A DNA stretch of 38,567 bases from Priapulus caudatus (lineage: Eukaryota). The notes beneath the pieces were generated by a model that was given only the letters and a program-made list of their open reading frames with translations, did not search any database and was not told where the DNA came from. Location: NCBI RefSeq assembly GCF_000485595.1, contig NW_014577074.1, positions 1-38,567 on the forward strand, in the 5' to 3' direction. The translations under genes and the position numbers were made by a program. This document shows, one piece after another, positions 36,213 through 38,567 of the stretch. The number at the start of each line of letters is the position of its first letter. The stretch's first letter is position 1.

Positions 36213-36395
36213 AAGAAAGAAAGTATGAGAAAAAGAGAGAAAGGGGAGAAAAGGGAAGAGAGAGCGCGAGAGAATCAAGGAAAAAACTGAGAAAGAGTTG
36301 GGAATATAAGAAAAGAAGAAGAAAATAGAGAGAGACAGAGACAGAGAGAGGAGGAGGGGAAGGGAGAAGGGGAAGAAATGAATTGAGAGAGAAGG
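36169..36395. repeat. (GA)n and purine-rich low-complexity tract
   Basis: Read directly. Confidence 0.9.
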
Positions 36396-38450
36396 GTAGC
36401 TACAGGGAAACAACAAACGCAATTAGCGACACATATACATGCACACCATGTGTATGTAGTATTCAGCTCCGCCGTTCTCTCGCACGCCACCTCACGCTAT
36501 ACACGCTGCGGCCCTTCTAACTCTCATGCACGCGCCCGTGTTTGCGAGTGAACATTGTTTCAGGCGCTGCGTTTCTCACGATTCGCTTCATTACCTCCCT
36601 CTCCCTCTAAATTGACATTCACGACGCAAACAAAAACGGCCAACAACACCCACCAATAAATACGGTATCGACCGTCCTGAATGTCGTACACGCGCGTGCG
36701 CACTATGCATGCATGCACGCATGCAGCAGTTCGCAGTCATTTTAATCAGCAATTTAGAAAACCGCGAGGCGTTCTAATTGAATCCGCACAAAGGCGAATA
36801 AATGAGCAATACACAACTGCCTAATAAAGTTACGGAGGATCGGCAATGTGTCCCATGCTCGCAGCAGCGAGCTGGTCGTGCGGGAACATTGTGTAGCCGA
36901 CGTGCGCGCGAAGCGAGAATGAATGAGAAAACGTTATATCTGCGTAATTTTGACGTCAGTGCAGCTATACGGTCGTGCGCTCGCAGCACGTCATAGGAGA
37001 AATTCAGAGTAGAGGCCATACAGCACACTGGCAAATGCTGCACAGTATTTAGCTCCCGCAGACTCAAATGAAACACAGATCGGGCAAAAAGGATTAACGA
37101 TGAAAGGTGAAATTTGGCGATCCCGATGTATACATCGCTCTGAAATAATGTGTGTGGGCACGCGCACGCGTCTGTACAATATAGTGTATGCGCGCGTGCG
37201 CGTGCGTATGACCTTTAATATATATCACTCGAAAAATTTTTCACTAAGTTAGTTCTGAGTGGCTAATCGTTACCATCAAAAGCTGATCGGTTTTGGAAGC
37301 TAGGCAAATCATGTCAAATGTGTGGTCATCTGTATCGTCCCTTATAAAAGAAATATAATAGTTATATTTGGTAAATATATATAATAATTGTGGCTGTGTC
37401 GATGTCTATATCGTTGGTCGGCGGCACTGTTTTATTACGACATTACTTAGGTGAGCAGCAGCACCTCTAGGGTGCGTCTATGATATATATGGAAACGTTG
37501 ACCGACGCGAAAGTATATCGCCACGATGAAACGCCCACGAGAAACAACGTGATATAGGCAAAATACCTGCACAACGAGCGTGGGCTGTAGTAGCAGCGCG
37601 ATAATTACGTTTCTTTCAGCATCGGATGGTTAACTGTAGCGAGCCGACGATGGTCGATCAAAGACCAGACTCGTGTGTGCTCAACAGCACATGATAGCAC
37701 ATTGTAAGCCAGGCCGGCGAGAGAGAAAGAGAGGGGGAGAAACAGAGTGAGTCGAGGAGTGGCAGAGCGAGGGATGATGTGGAGAGAGAGTAGTATCAAG
37801 AGCACATCATGGGCGATCATATCCCATTATGTACTCTTGGTAGTATAATAGTGAGAATGAGAGGGAGCACGGGAGGTGACCCAGCGAGAGGGTGAGAGAG
37901 TGCGAGAGTGGGAGGGTGAAAGAGCGACAGTGGGAATAAGAGCGATCAAGAGAGCGAGCGAGAGTAAGGGAGAGTCGGATAGACAGAACGGCGAGATAGA
38001 GAGCGGGGACGGAAGAGACTCTCAGGAGGCAGCCGAGAGAGATCACGAGCTATAGCTAAGGAGTTGCGCCTATATTATAGATCGTAGTTATTGAATAGTC
38101 GTTCGCGCTACGGCTCTAGGCGTTCCGTAAAGATGTAACGTATTTGGCTACAGACCTGAAGGAACTATTATCTCCCTGAATGCCCTCGGTAAACAGAGGC
38201 CAAAAATGACCGCATATATATACGCATGCATGAATGAATGCTCGGCAATGAATACACGTGTACGCGTGTTTAGCGGAGCAATGGCATTTGATTCATCTCG
38301 ATGTAGGATAGCAATCTTTCAGACGTTGTAGAATTTCAACGTGGCCTCAACAAGCGAGAGGTGCATCGCACGTATATCGGTGCATCCGCGTGTGCGCAAT
38401 AGCTGGCGAAGGTGCAAGCCATGTTGTCGCAACGAAATGTACGGGGGTCA

Positions 38451-38567
38451 TACCTATGTGTCCCGGTACCTATGTGTCCCGGTACCTATGTGTCCCGGTA
38501 CCTATGTGTCCCGGTACCTATGTGTCCCGGTACCTATGTGTCCCGGTACCTATGTGTCCCAGTACCC
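38451..38567 (+). repeat. 16-bp tandem repeat TACCTATGTGTCCCGG x7, reaching the window end
   Basis: Units at 38451, 38467, 38483, 38499, 38515, 38531 and 38547 (last ends CCCAG); GGTACC at junctions. Confidence 0.98.

Overview
Eukaryotic DNA, most likely from an invertebrate animal: CpG is abundant, microsatellites are very dense, and there is a degenerate (CCCTAA)n tract. I cannot support any intact protein-coding gene, RNA gene or CRISPR array, and nearly all listed ORFs are translations of simple repeats. Two large direct duplications organise the window (about 1-2990 vs 9236-12360, and 28255-30809 vs 30811-33465). Their indel-rich, long-read-like error pattern points to gap-filling or haplotype artefacts. 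Between them lie a ~4 kb 27-bp satellite, a 41-bp minisatellite that differs between copies by a clean 54-bp inversion and in copy number, and 2-3 kb (GGAT)n and (GGTA)n arrays. Decayed mobile-element traces include an L2/CR1-type LINE reverse-transcriptase remnant, a hAT-like MITE, a possible tRNA-derived SINE head and a 270-bp palindrome-bearing insert. The most speculative lead is a possible minus-strand repetitive-protein gene at ~8986-3326, obscured by sequencing noise. I found no convincing novel biological system.
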